From positions 96,001-160,000 of IMG/VR virus record IMGVR_UViG_3300028591_000078: 64,000 bases of DNA; one strand, 5' to 3'. The notes under the pieces are model-generated. The model searched no databases. It was not told the DNA's origin and saw only the letters and a program-made list of their open reading frames with translations. Position numbers and translations under genes: made by a program. The DNA comes from a virus. Its lineage: Duplodnaviria > Caudoviricetes. This document shows positions 20,216 to 29,791 of the stretch, in pieces (within the stretch, counting starts at the first letter, position 1; each line of letters starts with the position of its first letter).

Positions 20216-21958
20216 ATGGCAAGCGGTTACATTAATATTTCTAATAGAGTAGATAAGGCTACTCTTAGAGCAGTACAGATTAAGACAATGGATGATCTTA
20301 AGGATATCCTTGCACAATCTTTTGGTCCTATGGGATCAACTACTATTATCCGTAAACAGGGTACGTTCAATAGATATACTAAGGACGGTCATACTATTCT
20401 GAGTAATGTACATTTCAAGGGTGAGATCGAAGAGTCTGTAAGAGAGGATATAGAAGCTCTTACAAGACATACAGTACTTGGTCTTGGAGATTCTTCTACA
20501 TCTATAGTACTTCTTGCAGCAATACTCTTCAAGAAGATGGCTAAACTTGAGAAAGAACTTAATATCCCTCCGGCAGATCTGATAACAGAGTTTAAGAAGG
20601 TTATTAAAGATATATGTGATCTTATTGAATGTCGCGGTACCGAAGCTACTGCAGAAGATATCTATAAGATAGCTCTGATCTCTACCAATAATAATGAAGA
20701 ACTTGCTAAAGAGCTTCAGGTAGTATATGAGAACTTCGGAATGGATGTATTTATAGATGTAACAATCTCTAATACTGAAGAGACTATTCTAAAGTCTTAT
20801 GATGGTCTTACACTCAATGCAGGTTATGCAGAGAATGCATTTATTAATACCAAGGATGGTACTTCTTCTATAAGACATCCTATGATATATGTATTCGAAG
20901 ATCCTATCGATACTCCTGAGATGATGGGATTCCTTGATCTTATCATTCGTGATAATATACTTGTACACTATTCTGGTGAACAGGGTACTTCTCCTGCAAA
21001 CTGTGTACCGACTGTAATAATGGCTCCGAAAATTTCAAGAGATCTGTCTGCATTTATGACTCAGACTGTAGATTGGCTTGGAAGACTTGATCCTGATGTA
21101 TCTAAGCCTCCGTTGAATATTATCACTAATATATATGATAGTGATACTTATTCTGATATAGCTAGACTCTGTGGAGCTAAGCCTATCAAGAAGTATATAG
21201 ATCTTAAGGTTCAGGAAGCTGATATCAAGGCTGGCAGAGCACCTACACCTGATAATATTCATACATTTGCTGGTACTGCAGACATAGTTGAGTCTGATAT
21301 AGCAAAGACTAAGTTTGTAAACCCGAAAGAAATGCTTGATGAGAAAGGTGATTATACACCTCTCTTCCAGTCAATGGTAGACTTCTTAGAAGCAGAACTT
21401 CAGAAGAATATCAATGAAGGCGGAGATATCTCTACTAGAGGCAATATTAAGAGAAGACTTAATGCTCTTAAAGCTAATATGGTAGAGATTGCTGTAGGTG
21501 GTATTGCAGTAGCAGATAGAGATGCTAAGAGAGATCTGTTAGAAGACGCTGTGCTCAACTGCAGATCTGCAGCGCAGAACGGAGTTGGATATGGTGCTAA
21601 CTTTGAAGGACTCAAAGCTTCATGGGATCTATATACTAGAACATCTCCTGCTATATATAATTGTATTAATAAAGCCATAGTAGAATCTTATTTGGAACTC
21701 TCTGAGATGCTTTATAGTACAATGGGTGATGTAGATGCAGCAAAAATTACAGATGAATCTATCGAAAAAGGTATGCCGATGAATATTCGCACTAAGGAAT
21801 TCGATGGTAATGTACTTTCATCTATCAAGGCTGATATAGTAGTACTCAATACTATTGCAGATCTTCTGACTTTGATGATTACTTCTAACCAGTTCTTACT
21901 TCCTACATTCCTTGGTAATCTGTATGATAATGTAGATACCTCAGAATTTAAAAACTAA
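20216..21958 (+). CDS. groEL: GroEL-like phage chaperonin
   Basis: SFGPMGST, YTKDGHTIL, GDSSTS, LEDAVLNCRSA...GVGYGA; close to the gp226-like gene, as recalled for AR9 gp228. Confidence 0.88.
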   Translation: MASGYINISNRVDKATLRAVQIKTMDDLKDILAQSFGPMGSTTIIRKQGTFNRYTKDGHTILSNVHFKGEIEESVREDIEALTRHTVLGLGDSSTSIVLLAAILFKKMAKLEKELNIPPADLITEFKKVIKDICDLIECRGTEATAEDIYKIALISTNNNEELAKELQVVYENFGMDVFIDVTISNTEETILKSYDGLTLNAGYAENAFINTKDGTSSIRHPMIYVFEDPIDTPEMMGFLDLIIRDNILVHYSGEQGTSPANCVPTVIMAPKISRDLSAFMTQTVDWLGRLDPDVSKPPLNIITNIYDSDTYSDIARLCGAKPIKKYIDLKVQEADIKAGRAPTPDNIHTFAGTADIVESDIAKTKFVNPKEMLDEKGDYTPLFQSMVDFLEAELQKNINEGGDISTRGNIKRRLNALKANMVEIAVGGIAVADRDAKRDLLEDAVLNCRSAAQNGVGYGANFEGLKASWDLYTRTSPAIYNCINKAIVESYLELSEMLYSTMGDVDAAKITDESIEKGMPMNIRTKEFDGNVLSSIKADIVVLNTIADLLTLMITSNQFLLPTFLGNLYDNVDTSEFKN

Positions 21959-21992
21959 ATGATTCAAAACTATATAATTAGGGATAAGTCTT

Positions 21993-22820
21993 TTGACTTA
22001 TCCCTATACAATATATGAATCGAGGTGTTTATTTTTGACCTTTGAAGAGTATATAAACAATCCTCAAGGCAAAGGAGCTTCAAATACTCCTGGCAGAGGA
22101 ATGTATGAGCAGTATTATGTAGGAGAACTCGATAAATTACTACTCAAGGTTAATGGTAAGATAGAGTATCATCTATATACCAACCATGGTAGATTCTTTA
22201 TTAAGTTTAAGATTCCTCATCATACATACCCCGATTTCTATTATGATGCTGTAGTAGAGTTTTATACAGAAGAAAATTCTTATAAAGTATTACCAGACTT
22301 AAAGAAGTATGATGTAAAATTCTATTCTAATGATCCTAGCTTTACATTCACTTGGGCGTATGCATTCAATAAGAATAATCTTCTTATTAGAGAGCTGCGT
22401 AATAAGTGTTCTAGGATGTCTCTTACTCAGCCTCCTATAGTGAGAAACCCTAGTGAGTCTCCTGGATATGCTAAGTATATATATTATGCATATCTTTTGA
22501 CAAAGCTATATAATCTCTTTGATAAAGCACAGTTTACCCTTAAAGGTAAACCGTTATCTTCTCTCACTGGTTCTATAATGTCATCAGATGCCAAGTTCCA
22601 GCAGAGAGAAAAAGCTCAGAGAGATTATGCAAAGTTCTCCAAGGCTAAGAAAGATAATATAGAACATGCTAACACCAAGAATACTCTAGATAATACTACT
22701 AAAGATATACTTATTGGTAAGACCCCTTTTACTAATAAGACTAGAGTAATAGATCCTTCTAACAAGGTAATCAAGAATACCTCTTTAGTAGGACATGTAA
22801 AGCATACCAAAAGGAAATAG
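21993..22820 (+). CDS. Hypothetical protein
   Basis: 275-aa ORF; true start may be the TTG near 22035 after GAGGTG. Confidence 0.7.
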   Translation: MTYPYTIYESRCLFLTFEEYINNPQGKGASNTPGRGMYEQYYVGELDKLLLKVNGKIEYHLYTNHGRFFIKFKIPHHTYPDFYYDAVVEFYTEENSYKVLPDLKKYDVKFYSNDPSFTFTWAYAFNKNNLLIRELRNKCSRMSLTQPPIVRNPSESPGYAKYIYYAYLLTKLYNLFDKAQFTLKGKPLSSLTGSIMSSDAKFQQREKAQRDYAKFSKAKKDNIEHANTKNTLDNTTKDILIGKTPFTNKTRVIDPSNKVIKNTSLVGHVKHTKRK

Positions 22821-22865
22821 CATTATATATTATAGTACTGAATACAGATAGGAGGATATATCATT

Positions 22866-23756
22866 ATGAGTACTAACCCCTTTATTCATATTGATAAAGA
22901 AATTAATGCACAATCTTTGCCCTCTTATGACATTCCAATCCATAAGTATAGGGCTAAAATTTTGGTAGATGATTGGATACCAAATGCTGAAGATGAAATC
23001 TTCAGACATACTAAGGGCGCTATCATGTTACCCGTATCGGAATTCTATAATATGAAACCCGATATCAATTTCGACTCTTATGTATTATCACCTAAGAGGT
23101 GCTATAACTCAGACGAAGTTAGAGCTCACTGCTGTAAGTATCTGAACTATTTTGAAAAGTTCTATGATACTGATCATGAGCTCTTATCTATATACTATTA
23201 TTTCAAGTATATGATAGATTGCGAACCTAGATATTCTAAAGATATCTTCTTTGCAGATCTTAAGAGATATATACTTGGTAATTCTATTCTTATCAAAGCT
23301 AGGAATATGAATATTGATAACTATAGTCTTAATCTGACATATAAGAATCGTTCTAATCCTGGCTTACAGTATACTGATAAGCATGGTGCAATTCTTATGG
23401 AGATCTCACTGTTAATGAATATGTGTATGCCTCTCTTAACGCACTATCTTTTCAGAAACAAGATACAGACTGTAAAAGACTTCTTGCTTGAAGCCTATGA
23501 TATGATATTTGATCTGTATCCTGACGTTGACATATATAACAAGTTATATGAAACTGCTGCTTCCAATATAAACCACAATGCTACAAAGAACTCCTTACTC
23601 TGGAGCATGCAAGGTATTAGAAGCATTAATACTACTACACATAGTTTAGCAACTGTTGAGAATATCATATTGCAAATCATGATTAAATATTTATACAAAT
23701 CTAATATCGTGTGCTTTAACTATGAGAGTATAATGAGGAATATCAGATATCAGGTT
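22866..23756 (+). CDS. Non-virion RNAP promoter-specificity (sigma-like, AR9 gp226-type) subunit, exon 1
   Basis: Motifs KRCYN, FFADLKRYI, LQYTDKH..ILMEISLLM..CMPLL and NKLY resemble AR9 gp226 as recalled; early promoter at 22824-22833; interrupted after ...NIRYQV. Confidence 0.75.
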
Positions 23757-25110
23757 AGGACTTAAATACAAGTCTCGATGACCCGTCTAGTAGAAATACT
23801 GGATTGTAAACCCTTTGAATTGCTGGAAAACTTTAATACCAGATTGACTACAACGTGATCTGAAAAGATGGGCGTGAATGTTATCGAAAGATAGAAAGAA
23901 CAATCTGGTTGATATATGAGGAAACTCTAAGTATCTTTACAATAAGTAATCAGCAGCTAAGAACCTAAATTTTAGAAAGGAGAAATTTATGAATATAGAT
24001 AATTATAATAAGTATAGAAAGGAAAACCATCCAAATATGAATCCATTTGAGCATGAACGATGGTTACCTATTATATTACCAATGGTGGATCCTAATGCAT
24101 ATCAGATAAGTAGTTGGGGTAGAGTATATTCTAATATAAGTAGAATGTTTCTAACCGCTGCAGAAAGATCTGGATATTATTGTGTAACATTGATGACAAT
24201 AGATGATCAAAGATTGCAAATAGATGTACACAGGTTGGTTGCTATGGCATTTATTCCAAGATATAATGTATATCAAGATACTGTAAATCATATAGATGGT
24301 GTAAAGAAGAATAATGTAGTTACAAATCTAGAATGGGTTACTCAACAGCAAAATGTTGAACACGGATTATTATTAGAATTATCATCTGATAAGATAAATC
24401 CAACAGATAAAGATATACATTTTATATGTAAATCTCTTCAAGAAGGTAAATCATTTGATGAGATTGTACATGTACTTATTCAAGGAAATTCAAAATATGA
24501 TAAAGATTATATAAGTTCTATAGTTGCAGCTATTAGGCACAAAAGATATAGAACTGATATATCTAAATTATATAGCATAGATCACAATAACAGTCATAGC
24601 ACAGCAAATTATACAATATCAGATATACACAAAATATGTGGAATGTTACAAGCTGGAACTTCGATAGAATGCCTTATGAAGGTATTTGGAGTTTCAGAAG
24701 AGAACAGGGTTGACTTTCAGATGTATATTAGTAAGATCTGTAGGAAACTTATATTCAAAGATATATCTGATCAGTATAATATACAATATCCAGAAGGAAT
24801 GCATCCAAAGACTACCAGGTTGAATGATGAGCAAATAGCTAAAATAATAGAATGTCTTAAGCAAGGAAAGAATAGTAGAGAAATTTATATAGATCTATTT
24901 AATATAAATCCTTCAGACATTCCAAGAGCTAAATTCTTATCATTTAAAACATCTATTCAAAATATAAAGAAGAAATATCTAAAACAAGGTTAAAGTTCAA
25001 CGACTATCGAAAGCACACATTTAGTGGAAGTGAGTAGAGTAGGAGAAATCCGAAGTGGAGGGCACCTTAACCATAAAGGAAGGTGAAGATATAGTCTAAT
25101 AAGTATATAG
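23757..25110 (+). mobile_element. Group I intron with homing endonuclease
   Basis: Core P AATTGCTGGAAA, Q AATCAGCAGC, R GTTCAACGACTA, S AAGATATAGTCT; P1 exon GGTT pairs with IGS GACC with a U-G wobble; P10 exon-2 GTCGA pairs with TCGAT; terminal G at 25110; splicing restores the frame. Confidence 0.9.
23989..24993 (+). CDS. NUMOD4-HNH homing endonuclease (intron-encoded)
   Basis: YQISSWGRVYS; VHRLVAMAFIP...VNHIDGVKKNNVVTNLEWVT; repeated HxICxxLQ.G DNA-binding modules. Confidence 0.9.
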   Translation: MNIDNYNKYRKENHPNMNPFEHERWLPIILPMVDPNAYQISSWGRVYSNISRMFLTAAERSGYYCVTLMTIDDQRLQIDVHRLVAMAFIPRYNVYQDTVNHIDGVKKNNVVTNLEWVTQQQNVEHGLLLELSSDKINPTDKDIHFICKSLQEGKSFDEIVHVLIQGNSKYDKDYISSIVAAIRHKRYRTDISKLYSIDHNNSHSTANYTISDIHKICGMLQAGTSIECLMKVFGVSEENRVDFQMYISKICRKLIFKDISDQYNIQYPEGMHPKTTRLNDEQIAKIIECLKQGKNSREIYIDLFNINPSDIPRAKFLSFKTSIQNIKKKYLKQG

Positions 25111-25782
25111 GTCGAAATTGCATATGAGTACTCATTCGTAAGTTTAAGTTCCTCAAAGAGAGAAGGAGAAGATAGTGGTTCTCAGTTTGATAAGTTTGAG
25201 AGTCACTTGATAAGAACAGATGAAGCTCTTTATATGCAGAATAAGGTTAACTCTGATTCTGCAATGAATTATATAGAGAGATTATTTGGTCCGTTTGATG
25301 AGAAAGAGATAGAATTCTATAAGAGAGAATTATCTAAGGGAAATAAGGTAGTTGTAAACAACTTCCAGAAGAACTTAGTATTCAATCTTTTCTATAAATA
25401 CTTTGGAGATCCGGTATCTATAAATGCTATAAACTGTGATCAGTATATAGAGCTGATTATAGCAGCACGAAAGATATTGGAGACTAATAATATGGTAATG
25501 TTGCCGTATATCATTAGCTCTAGAGTCAATAGAGTTGTAGATAGGAATAATATCAATAAGAAGGAAATGATGAGACTTGAAGCTTCTCAGTATTATCCTT
25601 ATATTAAGCAGAAGTATAGAAACGATAAGATAGAACAGTATATACTGAAGATTATCGCTACTATAATATCTTCTGAGTTTAGTATAATAGACCCATACAA
25701 TCCTGAATTGAATGGTAAGTCTATAGATACTATTCCTGAGTATATCATCGAGGAAGTCTTGATGTATATACAACTCATATAA
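25111..25782 (+). CDS. Sigma-like nvRNAP subunit, exon 2
   Basis: Open frame from GTC 25111 (VEIAYEYSFVSL...SQFDKFESHLIRTDE...EEVLMYIQLI); spliced product 520 aa. Confidence 0.8.
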   Translation, partial: VEIAYEYSFVSLSSSKREGEDSGSQFDKFESHLIRTDEALYMQNKVNSDSAMNYIERLFGPFDEKEIEFYKRELSKGNKVVVNNFQKNLVFNLFYKYFGDPVSINAINCDQYIELIIAARKILETNNMVMLPYIISSRVNRVVDRNNINKKEMMRLEASQYYPYIKQKYRNDKIEQYILKIIATIISSEFSIIDPYNPELNGKSIDTIPEYIIEEVLMYIQLI

Positions 25783-25875
25783 GCACAAGAAATCCATAGG
25801 GGCTATCCCCTATGGATTGCTGCTAAAATTTTGTATATAGATATATATACTATAATATTGGAAAAGGTGAAGAAG

Positions 25876-26124
25876 ATGAATATAACTGATTTAGTTATAA
25901 AAGTACTTGAAGAATCTTCGGATGAAGAAGCTGTGGAGTTAGCAAATAGAATGATTGCTTTAAGATCCCAGATGCATTCTGATCCTGAAGATTATATGGA
26001 CAAGAAGAGTAGTGCTAAAGTTTCACAAGCTGAAAGATTAGCATTGAATGTAGATGAAAATTCGATAGAAAAAGAGAATCGAAAGAATGCTGTTGAAAAT
26101 GGTCTACTAAGAGGATTACTATAA
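25876..26124 (+). CDS. Hypothetical protein
   Basis: ATG 25876 after AAAGGTG; early-type promoter upstream. Confidence 0.6.
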   Translation: MNITDLVIKVLEESSDEEAVELANRMIALRSQMHSDPEDYMDKKSSAKVSQAERLALNVDENSIEKENRKNAVENGLLRGLL

Positions 26125-26139
26125 GAAAGGAATACTAGT

Positions 26140-26490
26140 ATGAATAAGCGACAACGAAAACATAAGTGTGTTTTTAAGATAGAGCATTGGTGTAAGGGTA
26201 GTGATAAACTTTTACACAAATTGCCAGTACGCTATTATAATGATAATGATAGTATGATGGCTGCTCTGATAATTTATTCAATAGAAAAAGCTGATATTGA
26301 TATTGTTAAAAAGTATCAATCTCTACTATCATCAAATAAAAGACTGGCAAAGAAATTTATAAAGCATATAAATCTACGAGATTACGTTATATATAAAATA
26401 GAAGCAATAACTTGTGCTAGACATCATGGTGATGTAGATTTTGATAATGATACAGAGGAGGATTTAGAATGCACAGATACAGAAGAATAG
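26140..26490 (+). CDS. Hypothetical protein
   Basis: ORF with RBS; MNKRQRK N-terminus. Confidence 0.65.
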   Translation: MNKRQRKHKCVFKIEHWCKGSDKLLHKLPVRYYNDNDSMMAALIIYSIEKADIDIVKKYQSLLSSNKRLAKKFIKHINLRDYVIYKIEAITCARHHGDVDFDNDTEEDLECTDTEE

Positions 26491-26819
26491 TTGTATCACA
26501 AGAGAAGAAAGTAAAGATGTGGAATCGTAGTCTAGATAGAAATATTTCTAGATGGGTATATCCTAGGACTACTAATGGTATAAGGATGGTTAGATATAAA
26601 GCTATCCATCTCCCAAAGCTAAAGCGCCGTAAATACCCATTCCATAAATATGGTTTTGTCACTAGCTATGTGCCCAAGAAGGTATATGCTAGAGTTAAGC
26701 CTTTAAACGATAAGTATGTAAGTAATACTTATAATCAAATAGAAGATCCTGTAAATGAGATTATAAATACTACAATACAACTCTTATACGAGGGTGCTAT
26801 GAGTGATTTAAGGAGTTAA
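26469..26819 (+). CDS. Hypothetical basic protein
   Basis: ORF within a tightly packed operon. Confidence 0.55.
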   Translation: MHRYRRIVVSQEKKVKMWNRSLDRNISRWVYPRTTNGIRMVRYKAIHLPKLKRRKYPFHKYGFVTSYVPKKVYARVKPLNDKYVSNTYNQIEDPVNEIINTTIQLLYEGAMSDLRS

Positions 26820-26821
26820 AT

Positions 26822-27148
26822 ATGAGACTAGAAGACCTTACAGAAGAACAACACAAAGAATATGATCATAATCAAAATCTTGGATACTATACTTGTGAAG
26901 CTGCACGGCTAGCAGGTGTATTCAATAATATGACAGATGATCAGATAAGAGAGTTTAATCGACTTGCTGACAGTATAACAGAAAAGAATAGTGAATACTT
27001 AGAATCATCTTGTGCTTATGAAGAGTATAAAGAGTCATTCTTTTCTGACTATTATGATACAGTAGAGAAGTTAAATGCTCTTAGTAAAGGTAAAGATATG
27101 ATAACACCTATATTTAATGCTATTAAGGAGGCTAATAACCATGAATGA
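26822..27148 (+). CDS. Hypothetical protein
   Basis: ORF with AAGGAG RBS. Confidence 0.65.
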   Translation: MRLEDLTEEQHKEYDHNQNLGYYTCEAARLAGVFNNMTDDQIREFNRLADSITEKNSEYLESSCAYEEYKESFFSDYYDTVEKLNALSKGKDMITPIFNAIKEANNHE

Positions 27149-27860
27149 TACACCAATATTTAATTTCCCATTAACCTATTCAGCAGTAATATCTAAAGTT
27201 GCTGAATTTTTAGCTTTAGGAACTGAAGATCTAATTATATCAAATGATGGCGAGATAACAAAAATTATAGACTGTGCTAACTCATTATATAATAAGGTAG
27301 AATTTTCATCTCCTGAACACGAATCTAGTTTTTTAATAGAGGAGTCTGCTGTAGTATGGCTCTCAATAAAACCATATATCAAAACGATCAGAGATAAAGT
27401 TTCAAAAGCAAAGTTTCCGATATTTCATTTCCCATTAAAGTATGATGAAGTGATATCTGACTTTGCAAAGTTTGAAGGTATCAAAGATCCTGTTGTAAAA
27501 CATAATAAAATACCTAAGTTAGAAGAAGAGATACGAGATACTAATCTGTTTTATAGTCTTAGAACAAACTACACAGCTGATCCTAATATTCTTGCAAATA
27601 CTGTAGAAGAAGCATGTGCTGCATTATATGAAGGCATAAAGCCTTATATAATAGAGAGTGATGATGCTAATAAAGAACCAGAATTTTACAACCATAATAT
27701 CAATAATATACTTAGAGATATAAATACTCTAATAGAAAAAAGTGCTGTAAGTATAGAACAGGCTTGTAAAATTATAGGGCTTGCTCAGAAGGATCAAGAA
27801 ATTGAAGCTATGAGAAGGCAGACATTTGCCCTCGAACGGGTTTCACATAAGCAGTTTTAA
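27141..27860 (+). CDS. Hypothetical protein with internal domain duplication
   Basis: PIFNFPLTYSAVIS...IKPYI and PIFHFPLKYDEVIS...IKPYI; ATG 27141 after AAGGAGG. Confidence 0.7.
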   Translation: MNDTPIFNFPLTYSAVISKVAEFLALGTEDLIISNDGEITKIIDCANSLYNKVEFSSPEHESSFLIEESAVVWLSIKPYIKTIRDKVSKAKFPIFHFPLKYDEVISDFAKFEGIKDPVVKHNKIPKLEEEIRDTNLFYSLRTNYTADPNILANTVEEACAALYEGIKPYIIESDDANKEPEFYNHNINNILRDINTLIEKSAVSIEQACKIIGLAQKDQEIEAMRRQTFALERVSHKQF

Positions 27861-27879
27861 ATAAGAAAGGAATACTAAT

Positions 27880-28527
27880 ATGAATAAGAGAATTAAAAAG
27901 AAGCAAGCAAGAAGATGGATAGATGCTCATATCTTCTATATATCTACTATAGTAGACTGGTTTACTCATGCAGACTACTACAAAGAACGCTATAAAACCG
28001 AGTTTAAAGATATGTCTATATATAAGATATTCTCTAATATGCCTAAAGAAGACTTTAACAAACTCTACCATAGTATTGTAGAAGGTTATCCTTTCCATGA
28101 TCAGAATATCTTCAAGAAATCTATGCTTGCTATGAGAAATGCTGGTAATTACGATACCACTAATGTTTTCAATGCAAAGATGGTAGAGCATATGACTAAA
28201 GCTACTTATGGTATAGATATCACTATAGACGTGCTTATGCAAGAGGAAGATCCTGAGTTTATCAAAGCTATGAACGGGTTTGATACTATATACTTTATGA
28301 TATTCAACCTTACTAGTAATATGGCTATCGGTTCTATAGACATGGATCCTAAGAGATTCAAGATAGCATTTGAAAAATATGTCGGAAATCAGATACTCAC
28401 TAAAGATGACTGCATAGTACTTGCAGAGAGAAAGAATGAATTCATTTCTCATCCTGCATTTTTCTATTGCATGATTCCTATATCTGATAACAGAGAGATT
28501 ATACTTATTAGAACAAAAAGAAAGTAA
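27880..28527 (+). CDS. Hypothetical protein
   Basis: ORF with RBS; MNKRIKKK N-terminus. Confidence 0.7.
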   Translation: MNKRIKKKQARRWIDAHIFYISTIVDWFTHADYYKERYKTEFKDMSIYKIFSNMPKEDFNKLYHSIVEGYPFHDQNIFKKSMLAMRNAGNYDTTNVFNAKMVEHMTKATYGIDITIDVLMQEEDPEFIKAMNGFDTIYFMIFNLTSNMAIGSIDMDPKRFKIAFEKYVGNQILTKDDCIVLAERKNEFISHPAFFYCMIPISDNREIILIRTKRK

Positions 28528-28681
28528 CATATAAGTGTAAGACCTCATTTGAGTTTGACTCTCCGCACATAGTGATACAAAAGTAAAGGTGACCTTCTGG
28601 TCACCTTTATTTTTTGTCGAAATCAAAATCTTCTATATGGTAAACTTTATATTAATACTATTTGAAAGAAGTAGATACTAT

Positions 28682-29071
28682 ATGAAAATAAAAGAAGGAA
28701 ATATATGCATATTCGATCCTTATAATATACTTAATCAGAAGGAAGGGTTGAATGATGTAGTATGTGTGAGAGTACTTAAAATACACAAGAAATTATTCAA
28801 GAAGTCTACAGTAGACTTCTTTGATATAGCGACAGGACAATTATTCCAAAGGGTTCCAATATCTCTACTATATAAAGTCGATGATTATATGGATCCTATA
28901 ACTTTAATAAGATATCCACAAACAGTACCAGTGATAGATGATACTGATATAAAGCTTATGGAATACTGTATAAATGAGATCAAAGATCCTGTAGTAAATA
29001 AGCTTCTGGTGAACTTTAAACAGAAGCTTGAGATATATAAATTATCATCATTATTTACGAATGGAGGATAA
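28682..29071 (+). CDS. Hypothetical protein
   Basis: ORF; start reassigned to ATG 28682. Confidence 0.6.
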   Translation: MKIKEGNICIFDPYNILNQKEGLNDVVCVRVLKIHKKLFKKSTVDFFDIATGQLFQRVPISLLYKVDDYMDPITLIRYPQTVPVIDDTDIKLMEYCINEIKDPVVNKLLVNFKQKLEIYKLSSLFTNGG

Positions 29072-29078
29072 AGATAAA

Positions 29079-29537
29079 ATGTTCAGAATGATACAAGCAA
29101 AAGGAAATGTTTTAAATGCTCCAGCAGATGGTCCAATAGTACATTGTATAAGTGCTGATCTTAAACTTGGTGCTGGAGTAGCAAAGCAGATCGATGAGAA
29201 GTTTGGTACTAGAAGACAGCTTCTTACATTATATCCTTTTGGATTAGCAGAGGATTTCAAAAATAGAAGAAATCTCTGTGTAGCAACTCCAAGAGTATTA
29301 AATCTTGTTACAAAAGAAAAGTATTTCTTCAAGCCTAGCTATCAGACTATGAGCAATGCTATTCAGGCTTTATATGAATACTGTATGAAGAATAATATTA
29401 CTAAACTCTATATGCCTAGAATAGGTTGTGGATTAGACCAGCTTAAGTGGTCTTTGGTTGAAGATATCATTACAGAAATATTCAATGATAACCATCCGAA
29501 TAATGTGATGATTACAGTATATCATTTAGGAGATTAA
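29079..29537 (+). CDS. Macro-domain ADP-ribose hydrolase (TARG1/DarG-like)
   Basis: KGNVL, IVHCISADLKLGAGVAKQI, NLVTKEKY, MPRIGCGLDQLKW. Confidence 0.88.
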   Translation: MFRMIQAKGNVLNAPADGPIVHCISADLKLGAGVAKQIDEKFGTRRQLLTLYPFGLAEDFKNRRNLCVATPRVLNLVTKEKYFFKPSYQTMSNAIQALYEYCMKNNITKLYMPRIGCGLDQLKWSLVEDIITEIFNDNHPNNVMITVYHLGD

Positions 29538-29538
29538 T

Positions 29539-29760
29539 ATGGAAAATACTGATGTATATTTGGAAGATGTATTAATAAGAAAAGCTCTTAGAGATGCCAG
29601 AGCAAGCAAGCACTTAACTCAACAGGAGTTAAGTGATTTGTCTGGTTTATCTACAGCTACTATATCTAATATAGAAGCAGGAGATGGTTCTCCTACTTTA
29701 AGATCTTTAATTAGATATGCCAATGCAGTAGGATGTACGCTTAAGCTAAAAAAAGAATAA
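29539..29760 (+). CDS. XRE-family HTH regulator
   Basis: LRDARASKHLTQQELSDLSGLSTATISNIEAG..SPTL. Confidence 0.9.
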   Translation: MENTDVYLEDVLIRKALRDARASKHLTQQELSDLSGLSTATISNIEAGDGSPTLRSLIRYANAVGCTLKLKKE

Positions 29761-29791
29761 GCTTATATACTATTGTATTGGAGGTGAGTGT

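Noticed and set aside
23757-25206. Two independent genes or a pseudogene around the HNH ORF
   Set aside because: Better explained by a group I intron with exact frame restoration
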